A stretch of 64,000 nucleotides of DNA from Syntrophales bacterium (GTDB lineage Bacteria; Desulfobacterota; Syntrophia; Syntrophales; UBA2210). Positions 31,196-42,339 of the stretch are shown in pieces. The stretch spans positions 1,376,001 through 1,440,000 of the forward strand of contig CAXXNF010000002.1 of the NCBI GenBank assembly GCA_963666365.2. Direction: 5' to 3'. How positions within the stretch are numbered: the first letter of the stretch is position 1; every line of letters starts with the position of its first letter. Made by a program: the position numbers and the translations under genes. Under the pieces are notes generated by a model, which saw only the letters and a program-made list of their open reading frames with translations, was not told the origin of the DNA and ran no database searches.

Positions 31196-33036
31196 GACCG
31201 CTCTTTTTTCAATTCGAAGTATCGATCAAGTACTTTTCTGGCGATCGGCGCCGCTGCCGATCCCCCGTGCCCGCCATGTTCGACGATCACCATAATTGCT
31301 ATTTCCGGTTGTTCCTTCGGAGCAAAACAGACAAACAGCGCATGATCTCTAAGTTTATAGGGAACTTTTTCTTCATCGGCGTCATCTCCCTCCTCCGGCA
31401 AACCGATCACCTGAGCCGTCCCTGTCTTTCCGCAGACATCCCGTTCATCTCTCATGAGCGCTCTGCCCGTACCCCTGGGTTCATTCACGGCGCCCCAAAG
31501 AGCCTTTTTCATAAGTTTTATTGTGTCTGCACTCAGGGGAAGACGCCCTTCCACCACGGGGGGATACTCGTTCACTCTGTCCCCCCCCGATGATTCAACC
31601 CTCTCTATAATCCTCGGCCTGTAGAGCGTTCCTCCGTTTGCAATCGCGCAGTAGGCGCGAATAAGCTGAAGCGGCGTCACCAGAATAAAACCCTGACCAA
31701 TTGAAAGCACTATGGTTTCTCCCTTCTGCCATGGCTCGTTGAATCGTGCACGTTTCCATTGCGTTGAGGGGACCAACCCGGGTCGCTCTCCCGTAAGTTC
31801 GATGCCCGTTCTTTCTCCAAAACCGAATTTTCGCGCGTAGTCCGATAGGGTGTCGACGCCGATTTTTGCGCCCAGGCTATAGAAAAACACATCACAGGAC
31901 TGCACGATCGCTTTGTATAAATCGACCTCTCCATGGCCGTGCTTCTTCCAGCATCGATAGGTATGGTTTCCCAGCTGGTACTGCCCATTGCAATATACCG
32001 ATGTTCCCTTGTGCACAAGTCCTTCCTCGAGTGCCGCGGCGGCAACAATCGGTTTAAAGGTCGAACCGGGGGGATATTGTCCCCCAATTGACCTGTTCTG
32101 CAGGGGACTCAAGGGATTGTTCAGCAGATTCCCCCACTCCCCCGTTGCGATGCCTCTATTGAAAAGATTGGGATCAAAGGAAGGTTTGCTCACCATAGCG
32201 AGGATCGATCCATCCTTCGGATTCATTACGATTACCGATCCTGCCTTTTTATTAAAGGCATCCCAGCAGGCCTTTTGTAGTTTGCTGTCGAGCGTGACGA
32301 TCACGTTGGCGCCCGTCATGGATGCAACCTCGCTCAAAACTTTGAGTTTTCGTCCCGTCACGTTCACTTCGATCTGTTCTCCTCCGCGGGCGCCTTTCAA
32401 GTACTTGTCCAGACGTTTTTCCACGCCATACTTTCCGACGATATCATCGGCACGGTAATCTTTGTATGAAGGCATCGATAATTCAGAAGCGGCGATTTCC
32501 CCCACATACCCGAGCACATGGGCCATCATGGCGCCCATGACATATTCCCTGACAGGCACCACATCAACCATAATTCCCGGAAGAACGCCAAGGTTTGTCT
32601 CGACGACGGCCACCTTGTCCCAGGAAACATTGGTTTCAAGCCTCAGTGGAACAAAGGGTTTCTGCACACGGAGTGATGAAAGATTTCCCGAAAAGGACAG
32701 CGCCTTTGCCTCATAAAGACCGGTCAGCGTTTCGACGACGGCCCGTATGTCTTTGGCCTCTTCAGGGATGATGGAAATATCGAACGAGGGGTGATTGTCT
32801 ACAAGAATATTTTGATAGGCATCAATAATAAGTCCTCTCAGGGGTTTAATTTCACGGACTCGTATCCTGTTATTTTCAGATCGTTGTCGCAAATCACTTC
32901 CGTTCAATATCTGAAGATACCAGAGCCGGGCAAGAAGGATGAAAAATGCCGCCAGCACCACTACGCCGATGACCCTGAATCGTATCCTGAAGTCGGACGG
33001 TTCGTGTTTGTCAAGCTTTCTGCGACTCGTTGGCAC
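31192..33036 (-). CDS. mrdA: Penicillin-binding protein 2
   Basis: PGSTFK (SxxK), SCD (SxD), KTGTAQ; N-terminal TM. Confidence 0.97.
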   Translation of the reverse strand: MPTSRRKLDKHEPSDFRIRFRVIGVVVLAAFFILLARLWYLQILNGSDLRQRSENNRIRVREIKPLRGLIIDAYQNILVDNHPSFDISIIPEEAKDIRAVVETLTGLYEAKALSFSGNLSSLRVQKPFVPLRLETNVSWDKVAVVETNLGVLPGIMVDVVPVREYVMGAMMAHVLGYVGEIAASELSMPSYKDYRADDIVGKYGVEKRLDKYLKGARGGEQIEVNVTGRKLKVLSEVASMTGANVIVTLDSKLQKACWDAFNKKAGSVIVMNPKDGSILAMVSKPSFDPNLFNRGIATGEWGNLLNNPLSPLQNRSIGGQYPPGSTFKPIVAAAALEEGLVHKGTSVYCNGQYQLGNHTYRCWKKHGHGEVDLYKAIVQSCDVFFYSLGAKIGVDTLSDYARKFGFGERTGIELTGERPGLVPSTQWKRARFNEPWQKGETIVLSIGQGFILVTPLQLIRAYCAIANGGTLYRPRIIERVESSGGDRVNEYPPVVEGRLPLSADTIKLMKKALWGAVNEPRGTGRALMRDERDVCGKTGTAQVIGLPEEGDDADEEKVPYKLRDHALFVCFAPKEQPEIAIMVIVEHGGHGGSAAAPIARKVLDRYFELKKERS

Positions 33037-33514
33037 TCAGCAACCTCTCTATCCTGTCAAATATGGAAAACAATAAAGGACTGATCCCCCCAAGGATCAA
33101 CGCCTGTACAAGTATGGGCCAAACGACACCGAGGCCCATATCGCTCTCGTAGAAGTATCGGAAGACGAGCACCATCAAGCCCCCCTCACACAACGAGGCC
33201 AGCGCAGTGACAAGCATGATCACAATGTTATGTTCAGCGTACATGCGAAGCGAGAGGATCTTTGCTATGGCGAACATGAGCATGTACATCGTAAGATAAA
33301 AATAGGGAATCGTACCCACCAGGGCGTCGAGGCAGAAGCCCAGGGCAAAGGCCAGCAGCCCTCCTTTCGGAATGCTTACGCGAAAACCCGCGAAAATTAC
33401 CAGCACGAGCGAAAGTTCCACCCTGAGTGCACCTATAAAAAGAATATCAAAAAACGTGACCTGGAAACCTACGAGGGCGAGCACGCCCAGGGGAACGATG
33501 AAATAGCAAATCAC
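33011..33514 (-). CDS. mreD: Rod shape-determining protein MreD
   Basis: Small hydrophobic membrane protein between mreC and mrdA; G...GFCLD motif. Confidence 0.8.
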   Translation of the reverse strand: MICYFIVPLGVLALVGFQVTFFDILFIGALRVELSLVLVIFAGFRVSIPKGGLLAFALGFCLDALVGTIPYFYLTMYMLMFAIAKILSLRMYAEHNIVIMLVTALASLCEGGLMVLVFRYFYESDMGLGVVWPILVQALILGGISPLLFSIFDRIERLLSANESQKA

Positions 33515-34338
33515 TTCGCTCCCCCATTTTCACTGATAATGACGGCAATTTCCTCGATCTTTTCCACATCCACTGCGGGCATTACTTCAATTTCCTGGAA
33601 GAGGTCCGCATCACTCTTCCTGACCTTCGTCACCCTTCCCAGCAGCAATCCCTTGGGGAACCCCCCTGCAAGTCCCGATGATACAATCACGTCACCTGCC
33701 GCGACATTCTCCGTGCGTGGGACGTATTTCATGATGCAGCAGGTTCCATCTTTCCCCTCAAGAATGCCTCTCACCCGCTGTCTCTGCACAAAGGCATCGA
33801 TACGACTGTTATAATCGACGATCAGAAGCACTTTGGCCATGTTCCAGGATACCTCGATGATCTTTCCTACCACTCCATCATCGGTAACCACGGGATAGCC
33901 GACCTTCAGACCATCAGTGGCCCCTCTATCAATAACAAAGGACTTGAACAGCGATGCCCGTTCTCTTCCTATCACTCGCGCGGCAATTGTCGGACTGTTT
34001 ATCTGCTCTTTCAGGCCCAGAAGTTTTCGCAGCCTTCGGCATTCAAGAGTCACTTCCCTGGACTGGTTAAGTTCTCTCTCAAGCCCGGAAATCTGTGTTT
34101 TCAACCTTTCGTTTTCCTCTTTTATCCCCACGAGGAACACATACCGCTCCCAGGTTTCTCCCACCGCGTCAAAGGTTTTACCGATAAAATTCTGAAGAGG
34201 CGTGACAGCCTCAAGCACCACCTTCCTCAGAAACAGCGTTTCATTATCGCTGCCGGCGCCGACGTAAAACGTAACAAATAGTGCGGCCACAACAATGCAG
34301 CATACGGTAATTGTAAGATATTTTCTAAGAGTAGGCAT
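33511..34338 (-). CDS. mreC: Rod shape-determining protein MreC
   Basis: TM, coiled coil, ARVIG, IDRG-DG, SSGLAGGFPKGL. Confidence 0.95.
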   Translation of the reverse strand: MPTLRKYLTITVCCIVVAALFVTFYVGAGSDNETLFLRKVVLEAVTPLQNFIGKTFDAVGETWERYVFLVGIKEENERLKTQISGLERELNQSREVTLECRRLRKLLGLKEQINSPTIAARVIGRERASLFKSFVIDRGATDGLKVGYPVVTDDGVVGKIIEVSWNMAKVLLIVDYNSRIDAFVQRQRVRGILEGKDGTCCIMKYVPRTENVAAGDVIVSSGLAGGFPKGLLLGRVTKVRKSDADLFQEIEVMPAVDVEKIEEIAVIISENGGAK

Positions 34339-34441
34339 TCTGCATCCGACGATTGCATCGAAAGTCAGCCGCTATCCACAGAGCGTGCGAACGCTGCGGT
34401 TATGACCACATAAATATGCGGGCCGGGTAGGTATCCTCGAC

Positions 34442-35494
<1,053 letters not shown>

Positions 35495-35515
35495 TTATCA
35501 GCACATTCGCCTTAT

Positions 35516-35544
35516 CCTATACAGTATTTCCGGGGGCTAATCAA
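35516..35544 (-). promoter_or_regulatory. Putative sigma-70 promoter of the mre operon
   Basis: Minus strand TTGATT-17 nt-TATAGG. Confidence 0.4.
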
Positions 35545-35630
35545 TTAAAAAACTATTGCATTTTGACGGGGAGTATACTACTACAGCACCTGAAAAGTTT
35601 CTATAACAATAGGGGGTTACAGACTGAAAA

Positions 35631-37265
35631 ATGTTACAGCTGATGCGGAAGCACGCCAGAAACTGGCTCATGAAGGTGATACTCGGCATTATCATTATCG
35701 TCTTTGTATTTTATTTTGGATCGATGAGAGGAAGCCTGCAGACTGAAACAATTGCAAAAATAGACGGACTCCAGATTGCGCGTGCAGAATATATCAAGGA
35801 GTATCAGGATCTTATTGACTTTTACCGTCAACGCTACGGGAACAGCATCAGCGACGACCTTCTCAAGAAACTCAACCTCAAGCAACGCGCCTACGACAGC
35901 CTTATCGAACGAATGATTATTCTCGCTAAGGCCGATGAGCTTGGCCTTGAGGTAAGCGACGAAGAGGTAACGGAAAAGATCCTTTCATATCCGGCGTTTA
36001 AACGCGACGGAGTATTTGATCCCAGTCTTTACGAACGCATACTGGCCTTTCAAAAAATCACTCCGGAAGAGTTCGAGGACAGTCAGAGGCGATTTCTGAC
36101 AATCAACAAGTTGGAACGGTTGATTAAAGAATCGGCAAAAGTGTCCGATGAAGAAGCCTACGAGATATATCGGATGCAAAACGAGAAGATCAATCTGGAC
36201 TTTGTCAAAATAACACCCGATGCCTTCATAAAAGGAGTAAATCCCACCGACGAGGATCTGAAAAATTTCTTGAAGGAAAAGGCGGAAAACTTTCGTGTGC
36301 CCCGTCAGATAAAACTTGAATATATAAGGATTCCCGGCGCGGACTTTGCCCAGTCGCACACGGTGACGAAAGATGAAATAGAAGAGTATTATCGATATCA
36401 TAAGGAGGATTTTACCAAAAAGGTAAAGGTGATGGTGGAAGGAAAGGAAGAAGAGAAGGCAGAACCGGCGCCGCTTGAGGAAGTGCGAGATACAATTATC
36501 GATTCGATACAACAGACAAAAGGGATGGAAAAGGCCTTCATGGTTGCGAAAAAGGCACACGACATCATTTATCAGGAAGAAAATTTCCATCAATACGCAG
36601 AGGCGCAAGGACTGAAAGTGGCTGAAACGGATCTCTTTTCAGAAGAAAATCCTCCCAAGGAACTTCTCATGGTCGCCGATCTTTTTGCCTGGGCTTTCGA
36701 TCTTCAGGAAGGCGAGATCTCGCCGGTACTTTCCGACGACAAGGCTCACTATATCTTTCGCCTTACCGGAGAAAAGGCGTCCTATATCCCCGCTCTTGAA
36801 GAAGCGCGCAAGGAAATTGAGCAGAGTTACCGTGAAAGTGAATCCATTAAACGGGCAAAAGAACGGGCGGAAGGAATTCTCGCCCGGTTGAAAAAGGGAG
36901 ATCTTTTCCTCAGAGTCGCAGACGAGGAGGGGCTGAAATGGGAGGAAACCGGTTTATTCAAGCCAAGTCAAGATATTCCGAAAATCGGGTTTTCAAGCGA
37001 TCTCTTCGGCGCCGTCTATGAACTTTCCATAAAAACCCCCTATCCCGAAACGGTCTTTTACATCAACGGCAGCTATGTCGTCGTCCGGCTGAAGGAACGG
37101 GGAACCATCAATAACGAAGAGTGGGAAAAAGCAAAAGAGGGACTGAAAACATCACTTCTGAATTTCAAGAAGGAAGACTATTTCCGCTCGTGGCTCGAAG
37201 AAACGCGTAAGATGATGACAAAAGAGGGCCGCATTGAAATTTTGAAAGAGGTAGAGGACATTTAA
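35631..37265 (+). CDS. PpiD-like membrane-anchored periplasmic chaperone (SurA_N + parvulin-like domains)
   Basis: MLQLMRK + TM (ILGIIIIVFVFYFG), GLEVSDEE, PAF-DGVFD-Y, GEISPV. Confidence 0.85.
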   Translation: MLQLMRKHARNWLMKVILGIIIIVFVFYFGSMRGSLQTETIAKIDGLQIARAEYIKEYQDLIDFYRQRYGNSISDDLLKKLNLKQRAYDSLIERMIILAKADELGLEVSDEEVTEKILSYPAFKRDGVFDPSLYERILAFQKITPEEFEDSQRRFLTINKLERLIKESAKVSDEEAYEIYRMQNEKINLDFVKITPDAFIKGVNPTDEDLKNFLKEKAENFRVPRQIKLEYIRIPGADFAQSHTVTKDEIEEYYRYHKEDFTKKVKVMVEGKEEEKAEPAPLEEVRDTIIDSIQQTKGMEKAFMVAKKAHDIIYQEENFHQYAEAQGLKVAETDLFSEENPPKELLMVADLFAWAFDLQEGEISPVLSDDKAHYIFRLTGEKASYIPALEEARKEIEQSYRESESIKRAKERAEGILARLKKGDLFLRVADEEGLKWEETGLFKPSQDIPKIGFSSDLFGAVYELSIKTPYPETVFYINGSYVVVRLKERGTINNEEWEKAKEGLKTSLLNFKKEDYFRSWLEETRKMMTKEGRIEILKEVEDI

Positions 37266-37333
37266 AGTAGGAAGAGTAGGAAGAGTAAGAAGAGTAGGAA
37301 GAGTTGTCTTCAACTTTTCCTACTTTTCCTACT
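37266..37333. repeat. 9-mer tandem repeat with inverted array, forming a long hairpin between convergent genes
   Basis: (AGTARGAAG)x4 at 37266-37301 + AGTTG-TCTT-CAACT + (TTTCCTACT)x2 at 37316-37333. Confidence 0.75.
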
Positions 37334-37336
37334 TCC

Positions 37337-37996
37337 TCAACCTTCCGTCATCGCCAGTACTTCGTCGACCAGTTTTTCGATTCCACGGGCAACGTGAGCA
37401 ATAGAGCGACCAAGCATGTAGGCAGGGGTTGTCACGACGCGCTGTGCGCGATCCACCACTGTTCCTTCGACCGCACAGGTGACGTGCTTCCCTCCCATTG
37501 CTTCGATTGCAGCGGCCGTTGCAGTATCGGAACCGACCGTGAGCTGCGGATTAAACCGGCCCAGTAGCTTCGCGGCGACTACCGGCGCGATGCACATGAA
37601 GCCGAGGGGTTTCTTCTGATCGTGCATTTCGAGCACCAGTGCTTCCACCTCGGGAATGACGCTGCAGTCGGCACCCTTGAGGGCAAAGTCGCAGAGATTT
37701 TTCGCGGCGCCGAACCCACCGGGAAAAATGAGGGCATCGAGGCCGCCGGCCGATACTTCCTTCATACTCCTGATCTCACCCCTTGAAATCCTCGAGGATT
37801 CGACAAGCACATTTCTCTTTTCGGAAGCGGGGACGCCCGCCGCATGATTCATCACATCGCGTTGTTCCATATCGGGCGCCATACAGACAATATCGGCGCC
37901 AGCCCGGTCGAGAAAATAGAGCGTCAACGTCGCTTCGTGAATCTCGGCGCCATCGTAGACACCGCACCCCGATAATACTACACCTACTTTCGCCAT
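37337..37996 (-). CDS. elbB: ElbB/ES1-family glyoxalase (DJ-1/GATase-like)
   Basis: VLSGCGVYDGAEIHEA, RNVLVES-RI-RG, PGGFGAAKNL, CIAP, TTPAYM. Confidence 0.95.
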   Translation of the reverse strand: MAKVGVVLSGCGVYDGAEIHEATLTLYFLDRAGADIVCMAPDMEQRDVMNHAAGVPASEKRNVLVESSRISRGEIRSMKEVSAGGLDALIFPGGFGAAKNLCDFALKGADCSVIPEVEALVLEMHDQKKPLGFMCIAPVVAAKLLGRFNPQLTVGSDTATAAAIEAMGGKHVTCAVEGTVVDRAQRVVTTPAYMLGRSIAHVARGIEKLVDEVLAMTEG

Positions 37997-38007
37997 GGAA
38001 AACCTCC

Positions 38008-39387
38008 TTACCTTATCTGATGCCGTTTCAACTTCTCCACATAGGTGGTTCTGTTCAGATTCAGCAGCTTTGCCGCCCGATTTTTCACCCCGCCGGACTG
38101 TTGCAAGGCCTTGAGAAGCAAGTCCTTTTCAAACTCGTCCATTACCTCGCTGATGCTCAACCCTTCAGGGGGAATCTGAATATTCGGCGCCATCTCATCC
38201 TTCCGAAAACCGGACGCGCATATTTTATCGGGCAGGTCTTCCACATCCACGAATCCGGAGCCTTTCATCACTACCAGCATTTCTATGACGTTTTGCAGTT
38301 CCCGCACATTTCCCGGCCAGTGATAGTGCATCATTATTTCCAGTGCTTCATCGGTCAATCCTTCTACACTTTTTTGTTTTGTTTTCTTGAACCTGGAAAC
38401 AAAGTGCTCGACAAGCACCGGGATATCCTCTTTCCGCTCACGTAAAGGGGGCAGATGAATAGGTATCACATTAATTCTGTAAAAGAGGTCCTCTCGGAAA
38501 CGCTTTTCCCGTACGGCATCTTCCAGATTCTGATTTGTTGCAGCAATTATCCGTACATCGGCATCGATCGTTTTCATTCCGCCGATACGTTCGAACTGAC
38601 GTTCCTGAATAACCCTGAGCAGTTTCACCTGCAGCGAAGGACTCATGTCGCCGATCTCATCGAGAAATATCGAACCCCCCTGGGCCAACTCAAATCGTCC
38701 TGTCCTGCTTCGAATGGCCCCCGTAAAGGCGCCTTTCTCATGGCCAAACATTTCGCTTTCCAAAAGCTCTTCAGGAATGGCGCCGCAGTTCACCGTCACA
38801 AGAGGTCCTGTTTTTCTTTCACTGTTGAAATGAAGCGCCCGCGCCACCAGTTCTTTACCTGTGCCACTTTCGCCATAAATAATCACGGTACTGTCCGTTC
38901 CCGCCACCTTTTCTATAGTAGCAAAAACGGTTTTCATGCCGTTGCTGTACCCGATCATCTTTCCGAAATCGAACTTCTCCATCAGCTGATCTTTGAGCGA
39001 TTCATTCTCGCCGCGAAGGAGGGCAAATGAAAGGGCCCTCTGCAGGGACAGCTGTACGCGATCATCCTTGAGCGGTTTGGTAATATAATCAAATGCCCCA
39101 AGCCTCATCGCCTCCACTGCACTTTGTACGGAGGCATACCCGGTGATGACCACAACAACGGTATCCGGATATTCTTCCTTCAGAAACTTCAGCAGTTTCA
39201 TTCCCCCGATATGGGGCATTTTGAGATCCGTAATCACCAGATCATACCGTTGACGCGAAAAGGCATCCATCGCCTCTTTCCCGTCTTTACAGGGAGTAAT
39301 CTCGGATGCACTCCCGGAAAGCATCTCTACAAGATTTTCCCTGTTTAGATCATCGTCTTCCGCAACGAGTATTCTTGGTTTCTTCAT
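38008..39387 (-). CDS. Sigma-54-dependent response regulator (REC-AAA+-Fis HTH, NtrC family)
   Basis: REC (TDLKMP), GESGTGKE, GAFTGA, FLDEIG, WPGNVREL, C-terminal HTH. Confidence 0.96.
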   Translation of the reverse strand: MKKPRILVAEDDDLNRENLVEMLSGSASEITPCKDGKEAMDAFSRQRYDLVITDLKMPHIGGMKLLKFLKEEYPDTVVVVITGYASVQSAVEAMRLGAFDYITKPLKDDRVQLSLQRALSFALLRGENESLKDQLMEKFDFGKMIGYSNGMKTVFATIEKVAGTDSTVIIYGESGTGKELVARALHFNSERKTGPLVTVNCGAIPEELLESEMFGHEKGAFTGAIRSRTGRFELAQGGSIFLDEIGDMSPSLQVKLLRVIQERQFERIGGMKTIDADVRIIAATNQNLEDAVREKRFREDLFYRINVIPIHLPPLRERKEDIPVLVEHFVSRFKKTKQKSVEGLTDEALEIMMHYHWPGNVRELQNVIEMLVVMKGSGFVDVEDLPDKICASGFRKDEMAPNIQIPPEGLSISEVMDEFEKDLLLKALQQSGGVKNRAAKLLNLNRTTYVEKLKRHQIR

Positions 39388-39524
39388 TGGATCAATTGAG
39401 GCTCATGCAAAGAAATATGTTCAAGAATGTAAAGGTGTAATCAAATTTCTCCGAATAGTCAACAGGAAATCAGCCTTTATGGCGCCGCTGTCGCAGACGA
39501 AATAATTTTACCGCAATAAAATAC

Positions 39525-39617
39525 TCAAGTTTTGCAGTTGAAGCTCCGATAACACCATCACTTGTAAAATTATTTTTTTAAAAAATCGCTAAAGTAATAC
39601 ATCCCATCTGCCGATTA
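39525..39617 (+). promoter_or_regulatory. Two tandem putative sigma-28 (FliA) promoters
   Basis: TCAA-N16-TCCGATAA (39525-39552) and TAAA-N16-GCCGATTA (39590-39617) upstream of the DVU0524-like gene. Confidence 0.65.
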
Positions 39618-39653
39618 CCTGGTAAAGCAATTTTCGGACGAGAGGTAACTACC

Positions 39654-39860
39654 ATGACAATATCGTCCTACCAAGTCGAAAATGTTCTTCGTACCTATAC
39701 AAAACAGGGCAATTCGAGGAGGTCTGTCTCAGGCAGCGGTGATACCGTCCACACACGCCAGGATATCGTCACTCTTTCAGGGGGGGCAAAAGAGGGGGCC
39801 TACGATAAAATATCATACAGCCTTCTTGATATCCTCCTGCACAACAAAGAGGCGAAGTAA
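39654..39860 (+). CDS. DVU0524-family (FlgM-associated) small protein
   Basis: MTISSYQVENVLRTYTKQ...DIVTLS; RBS GAGAGG. Confidence 0.75.
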   Translation: MTISSYQVENVLRTYTKQGNSRRSVSGSGDTVHTRQDIVTLSGGAKEGAYDKISYSLLDILLHNKEAK

Positions 39861-39868
39861 AAGGATTT

Positions 39869-41353
39869 ATGGCACATTCCCATTGCTCAGAGACAAAAAC
39901 GATTCTTGTGGTCGATGACGACATCGCAACGCGCGTCCTCATCACGGACGCCCTGAGGGAAGGGGGATACCCCAACACACGGGAGGTAAAAAACGGTTTC
40001 GAGGCCCTCGAATCCTTCGAAAGAGAGGGAAGCGATCTTATAATCAGTGATCTGAACATGCCCGGCATGAGCGGCATGGAGCTTTTAAACCGCATCAAGG
40101 AATTGAATCCCTCTATTCCTGTCATTATCGTCACCGGCTATCCTTCCATAGACAATTCCGTGTCGGCTATGAAAAAAGGGGCTGTCGACTTTCTCACCAA
40201 ACCTTTTAAACCGGATGATTTGCTTTTCAAGGTCAACCTTTATCTCAAAGAGAATTCCTTCTTGAAGGATGAGGGCATCGCCTGCGACGGGACGGATTGG
40301 AAGTTGCATGAAAAGATCAGAGAACTGTCAACAATTGACGTCATGTATGACCGGATCGAAAATACAAGGGGAGACGACGACGATATCTTCCGGGAAATCG
40401 TCCAGCTTGCGCTCAACGTCACCGAAGGTCAGCGGTGCCTTCTAGTTCTTTTCGACGAAGTGCAGGACAGGTTCTACAATAAGATATACCACACAAAGAA
40501 TGTGCGCACGCTTCACGAAGAGGCCGAAGCCAGGGCAATGACAGCGCATCTGACCCACCTCTTCAGACAAGTCGTTCAGGACAGCAAACCCCTGCTTATT
40601 CGCTCGAACAACGATCGTGATCACTTCAATGCCCTGATTTCGGTCCCTCTGATGATTCGCTCGAAGGTCTTTGCGCTCCTTACCGTAACGAGCGAAGATC
40701 CCACCTGCACATTTACACAGAAAGACCTCTCATACCTGCTCAACCTCACGGCGCGGGCTTCGCTGAACCTGGAAAATACCCTTCTTTACAAAAGCCTCTT
40801 CGGCAGCATCATGGACACCTTTGAATCGCTGATCCAATCGGTCCAGGCGCGGGATCACTATACCGAACGACATTCACGCAGCGTGACAAAGTTTGCCGTC
40901 GAGACGGGTCGTGCCATGCACCTTTCCACCTATGAAATGGAATCGCTGAAAATCTCTTCTCTCCTTCACGACATCGGGAAAATAGCCATTCCTGACCACG
41001 TGCTGCTGAAACCGGGACAACTTACGAACGAAGAATATGAAATAATCAAAAACCATTCAGCAATAGGTGAAGGTATCCTTAAATCGATTGCATTGTTTGA
41101 GGAAGAGAGAAAAATAGTGCGTCACCATCATGAACGATGGGACGGACGAGGCTACCCGGACGGTCTTGACAAAGAGCACATACCCCTGCTTGCCCGCATT
41201 CTTTCCGTAGCGGATACCTTCGATGCCATGACGAGTGATCGCCCCTATCGCAAAGGGCTTGAACTCAGCCATGCCGTCGATCAGTTGATAAAAAACCGCG
41301 GCTCACAGTTTGATGGCGACATTGTGGACGTGTTCATCGGAATTCTCAATTGA
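39869..41353 (+). CDS. REC-GAF-HD-GYP cyclic di-GMP phosphodiesterase
   Basis: REC (SDLNMP), GAF-like middle (SVPLMIR), LLHDIGK, HHERWDGRGYPDGL, SDRPYRK. Confidence 0.93.
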   Translation: MAHSHCSETKTILVVDDDIATRVLITDALREGGYPNTREVKNGFEALESFEREGSDLIISDLNMPGMSGMELLNRIKELNPSIPVIIVTGYPSIDNSVSAMKKGAVDFLTKPFKPDDLLFKVNLYLKENSFLKDEGIACDGTDWKLHEKIRELSTIDVMYDRIENTRGDDDDIFREIVQLALNVTEGQRCLLVLFDEVQDRFYNKIYHTKNVRTLHEEAEARAMTAHLTHLFRQVVQDSKPLLIRSNNDRDHFNALISVPLMIRSKVFALLTVTSEDPTCTFTQKDLSYLLNLTARASLNLENTLLYKSLFGSIMDTFESLIQSVQARDHYTERHSRSVTKFAVETGRAMHLSTYEMESLKISSLLHDIGKIAIPDHVLLKPGQLTNEEYEIIKNHSAIGEGILKSIALFEEERKIVRHHHERWDGRGYPDGLDKEHIPLLARILSVADTFDAMTSDRPYRKGLELSHAVDQLIKNRGSQFDGDIVDVFIGILN

Positions 41354-41418
41354 ATACCGTAGCTTCCCCTCCTTGCATACTTTCATAGCAGCCCCTGTGT
41401 GCTCACCTGCTGCAGCAA

Positions 41419-41434
41419 TGGCACGAATGGTGCA
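41419..41434 (+). promoter_or_regulatory. Putative sigma-54 promoter of the PilZ gene
   Basis: TGGCACGAATGGTGCA with exact GG-N10-GC spacing. Confidence 0.7.
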
Positions 41435-41536
41435 TGTGACAAAAAAACAGTACGCCAGTGCACGCAGTCGACAGCATAGCAGGTTTTATCACCACATCAG
41501 GGAGGGCATGGTTCAATTCAGTAAAAGGACCCGCCC

Positions 41537-42325
41537 ATGGGGAACACAATGGAACAGGACATCAGAGAAGGAACGGACATCGATATCAGTTTCAGCGACG
41601 GCAATAAACTCACCACATCGAAAGGCCGCGTGGAAGCCGTCACCTCAGAAGGCATGGTCATCACTCTTGACATAAGCGACAAATCCATGACGCCTCCCCC
41701 GGGAACCGACATATATGTACTCAAAGGCGGGGGCTTGTACAATATTGTCGATTCAACGCACTTCCCCCGCCTTGTCATCGAAAGGGTGGTCAAAAGAAAC
41801 CACGCCCGCGTTGATGATGTGCTGAAAATCAGTTACCGCAAGATACCATCGGAAGAATATGCCCGTAAAGAAACACAGTCGAGACTGATCCTGGAAGATA
41901 CCTTCGGAGAATCCAGGGACATACCGGAAATCGAAGAGATATCCACCGCGCTTCTCTACAAACTCATTTACCAGCTCAGCCTTAAGGTGGATCGTCTCAT
42001 CGACATGATGGAAAGTAAACAGCAACATCCTTATAAAACCATTTTCGATGAGCGGATTAACATCAGTGCCTCAGGGATGCGCTTTATGACCGATGAAGAG
42101 GTGCAGGAAGGTGACATTATGGCGCTGAGAATAGCGCTTCCCCTTGCAATGGCAACTCGGCTTCATGTATTGGCCGAGGTGGTCTCGATACAGCCCCCCA
42201 CAGACGATCAAAAGCGTATGGTTTCGGTGAAATTCATTGATCTTTCACAGGAAGTCAAGGAAACAATCACGAGATATGTCTTCAAGCGGCAGAGGGAGCT
42301 TCTGCGACGGGAAGGGAATAAATAG
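41537..42325 (+). CDS. PilZ-domain c-di-GMP receptor
   Basis: RNHAR (RxxxR), NISASG, VKF-I-RYVFKRQRE. Confidence 0.85.
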   Translation: MGNTMEQDIREGTDIDISFSDGNKLTTSKGRVEAVTSEGMVITLDISDKSMTPPPGTDIYVLKGGGLYNIVDSTHFPRLVIERVVKRNHARVDDVLKISYRKIPSEEYARKETQSRLILEDTFGESRDIPEIEEISTALLYKLIYQLSLKVDRLIDMMESKQQHPYKTIFDERINISASGMRFMTDEEVQEGDIMALRIALPLAMATRLHVLAEVVSIQPPTDDQKRMVSVKFIDLSQEVKETITRYVFKRQRELLRREGNK

Positions 42326-42339
42326 CAGGGAAGAGGATG

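Noticed and set aside
34364..34406. Hairpin in the mreB-mreC spacer as an ncRNA
   Set aside because: Short imperfect stem with no family match; most simply an mRNA stability or processing element
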